Source: Anaeramoeba ignava BMAN (Eukaryota; Protista; Anaeramoebae). Taken from it: DNA of 64,000 bases. The DNA lies in assembly GCA_028826165.1 (NCBI GenBank), contig JAPDFW010000082.1:251466-315465 (forward strand), in the 5' to 3' direction. The notes under the pieces were generated by a model that was not told the origin of the DNA, did not search any database, and saw only the letters and a list, made by a program, of their open reading frames with translations. The translations under genes and the position numbers were made by a program. Shown piece by piece: positions 59,681 through 64,000 of this stretch (positions are counted from its first letter, which is position 1; each line of letters begins with the position of its first letter).

Positions 59681-62600
59681 TTATTTGATTTGAATTTGAT
59701 TTTGATTTGATTTTGAATTTGATTTTGAATTTGAATTTGATTTTGATTTTGATTTTGAATTTGATTTTGATTTTGAATTTGATTTTGAATTTAATTTTGA
59801 TTTTGAATTTGATTTTGATTTTGAATTTGATTTTGATTTTGATTTTGATTTTGATTTTGAATTTGATTTTGAATTTGATTTTGATTTTGATTTTGAATTT
59901 GATTTCGATTTTGATTTTGATTTTGATTTTGATTTTGATTTTGATTTTGATTTTAATTTTTCATCATTTTCATTTTCAATTTGATTTTGATCTTCGTTTT
60001 CATCTTCATCTTCATCATCTGGAAATTGAAAATAATAATTGCTTTGAATATGATTATCAAGAAAAGATTGATATTGGTTAATTTGATGAAGATGATTATT
60101 ATCTACTTTGGGGATTATATCATTTTCTTGGATTTGATGATCCCTTAAATAACCATTTTGATTATTGGAAACAAGTTCATTTTCATTTGATTGAATAGAT
60201 TGAGCAAGATAGTTCAAGAAAGAATTATCCGGTTGTGGAGTTAACGCGACAAATTGATATTCTTTTGTTGAGAATTTTCTCTTCGCTTCTAAATCTTTTT
60301 CTGGAGAATGAGCTGCTTTTTGGATTGAACGAAATAAGTCCTTTATGCAAGGTATAAGCTGATCTAATGTGTAGTTTGAGAAATTACTTAAATTATCTGG
60401 GAATTCTTCTTTTCCTCGAAATGATAAAGCTAAAACAATTCCAGATGCAGCAATTTGAGAAGGAAAATACTGAATCATTGAGTAATTATATAATGATAAT
60501 TCAATGAAATACTAAATTTTGATATATTTTGAATATAAAATATATTGAATATAAAAATATTGAATATAAATAAATATATATTGAATATAATAAATATATT
60601 GAATATAAAATAAATGAATATAAAAATATAAATATAAATTATATATTGAATATAATATATAATTAAATATAATAAAATAATAAATATATATTGAAATATA
60701 AAAATATATTGAATATAAAAATATATTAAATATAAATAAATATTTAATAAAAATATATTGAATATATATTGAATATAAATATATTTGAATATAAAATATA
60801 TTGAATATAAATATATATTTTGAATATAAATATATTGAATATAAATATATATTGAATATAAATATATATTGAATATAAAAATATATTTTTGAATATAAAT
60901 ATAATGAATATTGAATATAAAAATATATGAATTAAAAATATATTGAATATAAATATATATTGAATATAAATATATATTTTGAATATAAATATATTGAATA
61001 TAAATATATAAAAATATATTTGAATATAAAGAATTTTGAATATAAATATATTTTGAATATAAAATATATTGAATATAAATATATATTGAATATAAATATA
61101 TTGAATATAAATATATTGAATATAAATAAATATATTGAATATAAATATATATTTTGAATATAATAAATATATTGAATATAAATATATTGAATATAAATAT
61201 ATTGAATATAAATATATATTGAATATATTGATCATTTGATATTTACGCTTGCAAGAAAATAATCAAGTTGATCACCTTGAGCTGCAATAATGTAAAAACG
61301 AAGAAAAAATTTAGGAGTTGCAATAGGGCTAATTGAATAATCTAATGTTTGAAGAATTACTCTTTCCATTCTTAAAATCTATATTTATATATAAATTTAA
61401 ATCCAAAAATAAACAATTTAAGTTGATTTAGATTTGAAAAATTAAATATTAATAAAATAAAATAAAATAAAATAAAAAGTGGAACAAACATGATTTGGAG
61501 GAAAAGGAATTTTCTGCTGCCCAAGAAAGGTCAGTTGCAGAAATTGAGTTTCCACCAAAATTGTTATCTTGAAATTTTCTAAATTTAAAATAAATATTAA
61601 TATTAATATTAGAATTATTAAAATAATTAATTTACGATGCTAAAAATAAACAAGAAACAGCTATTAATTGTAATAAATTGAGCGGTTCATCTTTTTTTAA
61701 TAAGAAACGATCCATCAGTAAAATTGTATGATAAAGTAAATCTGAATTTAAAGAAAAAAAAGTAATAACTTCATTAATCCAGTTAACAACAAATGCTCGA
61801 TGTCTTGTTGAAATTGGAGCACTATTTGAGCTTAGATTTTGCATTGCTCGATATAAGATTTGGGGTTTCTATTGTGAATTATGTCAAAATGATCCAAAAA
61901 TTTCGTATCATTTTTTGTTTGAATAAAATGAATTGAAAAAAGTGATTTTTTTTTTTGATTACTTCTATTGCCTTCATTGTTTGATAAGTATCATATTGTA
62001 ATTCGGAAAAACGTTCAAGTGAATTTTCTGATGTAAGTCTTGGAGTTTTTGGAGTATTGTCATTTTCAATATCGAATTCATTTCCAAAATTTTTTTGGAT
62101 TTTCTTTTGGAATTGATTTTCGAATTGATTTTCTTTTTCATTTTCAAATTCCTTTTCAATTTCAAATTCTTTTTCTTTTTCTTTTTCATTTTCTTTTTCT
62201 TTCATTGATTTATGAATACTTTCAGCAAAATGATTTTCCTTAAATAAGTTTGTTGATTCCTTTTTTGAATTTCCATTTTCTTTTCGTGATTGATTTGAAA
62301 AATCCATTTCTTCAATTAAATCACTTGAGTCTTCTTTTATAAATGAATTTTGATTTGGATCTGAATTTTCAGTTGAATCAATATCTCTAAAAATACCATT
62401 TTGTGCAGATAAATTAACTGGGGTTAACTTTTTGTTAAAGTTTTTTTTATTGAGAATTCTTTCAACATCTTTTTCCTTTTGTTTTTCTTTTTGTTTTTCT
62501 TTTTTATGAGATGTAGTTCTTGGTCTTTTAATTTGCTCAATATTTTCTGAAGAAAATGGAGTTTCTGGTGCACTTACTGTTGATTTTGGACTAGTTTTAT

Positions 62601-63359
62601 TCGGATTTATTGTGGACTTTTTCTGAAATGAGAAAAATTTTATTTAAAAAAAAATTACGAAAAAATGGGGAAAATCAGTAAAAAAAAATTTTTTTTTTGA
62701 ATAGGAAAAATTATTGTGAATAAAATAAAATGAAATCATTTAAATAAAATCACAACAAATTAATTGTGAATAAAATTATTGTGAATAAAATATAATAAAT
62801 GAAAATAAGGTGAATAAATTTAAATTAATTAATTGAATTTATTCAGATCCAATTTACTTGTATTGGATCATTTCCATTTTTGATTTGATTTAATTTAATT
62901 TGATTTGATTTGATTTGATTTGATTTAATTTGATTTGATTTGATTTAATTTAATTTAATTTAATTTAATTTAATTTGATTTGATTTAATTTGATTTAATT
63001 TATTTTATTTAATTTGATTTGATTTGATTTATTTTGATTTATTTTATTTAAAATCTATTCACCTTATTTAAAATTTATTATAAATTATTTAAAATGTAAA
63101 TGATAAATTAAATTATTTCCGTTTTTCTTTTTATTATAAATTTGAGTTTATATTTGAATTTATATTTGAATTTATATTTATTTATATTTGAATTTATATT
63201 TGAATTTATATTATTAATGTAATTTTTTGTATTTATAAAAAAAAAAAGTGTTTCAAATACTTTTTGTGTTGTAAATTCTTTGTTGGATTCTTTTGTTTCT
63301 TTTTTCTCTCGTCTTCTTGTTCGATTAGTATTCATATTCAAATTCAAATTTTCATTCAT
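59681..63359 (-). CDS. A/B-type cyclin; 6 exons, one anomalous junction near 61490 and possible frameshifted C-terminal tail to 59576
   Basis: Cyclin box HRAFVVNWINEV, ILLMDRFL, LQLIAVSCLFLASKF, ILRMERVILQTLDY, YFIELSL, YFPSQIAASGI. Confidence 0.85.
60520..61230. repeat. Intronic TTGAATATAAATATA-type array
   Basis: Visible variable-length tandem in cyclin intron. Confidence 0.85.
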
Positions 63360-63888
63360 ATTCGAAAACTTATAACAAAAAAAAAATGGAAATTTAAAAA
63401 AAAAAAACAATTCATTTCTTAAATATTTAAATTGGGGGTTTAATTCAAAACAAATTTAATAATTGAATATTAAGAACAAATTTACACTTATTTTCCTTTT
63501 ATTAACGCTTAATTTATACTATTAATTTCTTATTTAGTTTCAGATATTTTTTTAATTCCTTATCTTCTTCTTTTCTTTTCTTATAAATTTAATTTAATTT
63601 TATTTTATTTTTCCTTTTTTTTTTTAGATTTGAATTTTGGATTTATGGATTGGATTTAGTTTTATTTTTTAATTTGTATTTTTTGAAATTAGATCAAAAG
63701 TGGAAAATTTTTGCTTTTTGTTTTGTTTTTCTCTTTTTTTTTTCTCTTTTTTAAAAAAACAAAAAAAGAAACGATAAATTAAAAGAAATGACTTTGAAAT
63801 GACATAAATGTTTTTTTTTTAATTTTTTTTTTAATTTTTTTTTTCATTTTTTTTTCCTTTTTCCTTTTTAAAATTTAAATTTAAATTT

Positions 63889-63992
63889 ATGTTACAAAAA
63901 AAAGAACAATTTTTCGATGACAAACAAGATTCATTACCTCTTGTTCTTTTTAAACCTTCTCCAATTTATCCAAAATCAAATAATCAAATAAA
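63889..63992 (+). CDS. First exon of an unidentified gene running off the window
   Basis: ATG-initiated open frame MLQKKEQFFDDKQDSLPLVLFKPSPIYPKSNNQI ending at a GTAAGA donor; TTTTCATTTT motif about 45 nt upstream. Confidence 0.6.
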
Positions 63993-64000
63993 GTAAGACA

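Noticed and set aside
62858-63054. Extra cyclin exon ending ...NGNDPIQ|GTAAAT
   Set aside because: The nearest upstream AG is separated by a pentamer tract with stops in all frames; flanking exons already join in phase without it.
1-64000. Alternative genetic code or stop read-through
   Set aside because: In-frame stops at ORF ends are explained by introns; TAA and TGA terminate genes at expected positions.
1-64000. Functional gene cluster, tRNA/rRNA genes or transposase/reverse transcriptase
   Set aside because: Neighbouring genes are functionally unrelated; no RNA-gene or mobile-element signatures were recognised by eye.

Overview
Very AT-rich, gene-dense, intron-rich eukaryotic nuclear DNA in the standard genetic code. 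An intronless [FeFe]-hydrogenase with an N-terminal extension points to an anaerobic, hydrogenosome-bearing protist; an Anaeramoeba-like metamonad is my inference. Manual splicing gives 20 protein genes plus the first exon of a 21st, with about 70-75 introns by hand count: Raptor, S10 carboxypeptidase, CE2-like SGNH esterase, PX-like/ankyrin/RGS protein, C1orf109-like, IQGAP/Gap1-type RasGAP, AP mu1-like, Kelch-BTB-BTB with CaaX, bacterial-type PARG, HydA, myristoylated PAS protein, NudE, LSG1, mucolipin, NAA80-like, TRAP-gamma, Afp15/Pvc15-like double AAA ATPase, GPR180/TMEM145-like, RPL35 and a cyclin. Introns are either about 60-120 nt or inflated to 0.35-1.8 kb by AT tandem arrays; most short ORFs in the supplied track are artefacts of these arrays. 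The main result is extreme micro-exon splicing. The catalytic His-Pro of the esterase can only be built from a 1-nt exon (7798) plus a 3-nt exon (7722-7724). The neighbouring carboxypeptidase needs a 4-nt exon (7039-7042) right after its catalytic His. Further 11- and 13-nt exons occur. Other signals: an LSG1 intron with no usable GT donor, a possible exitron, intronic repeats free of AG/GT on the sense strand, a strand-symmetric A>G>C>T wave across exons, candidate promoter elements, a dispersed 14-mer, and bacterial-type genes carrying introns. All family calls are from motif recognition by eye; no searches were run.
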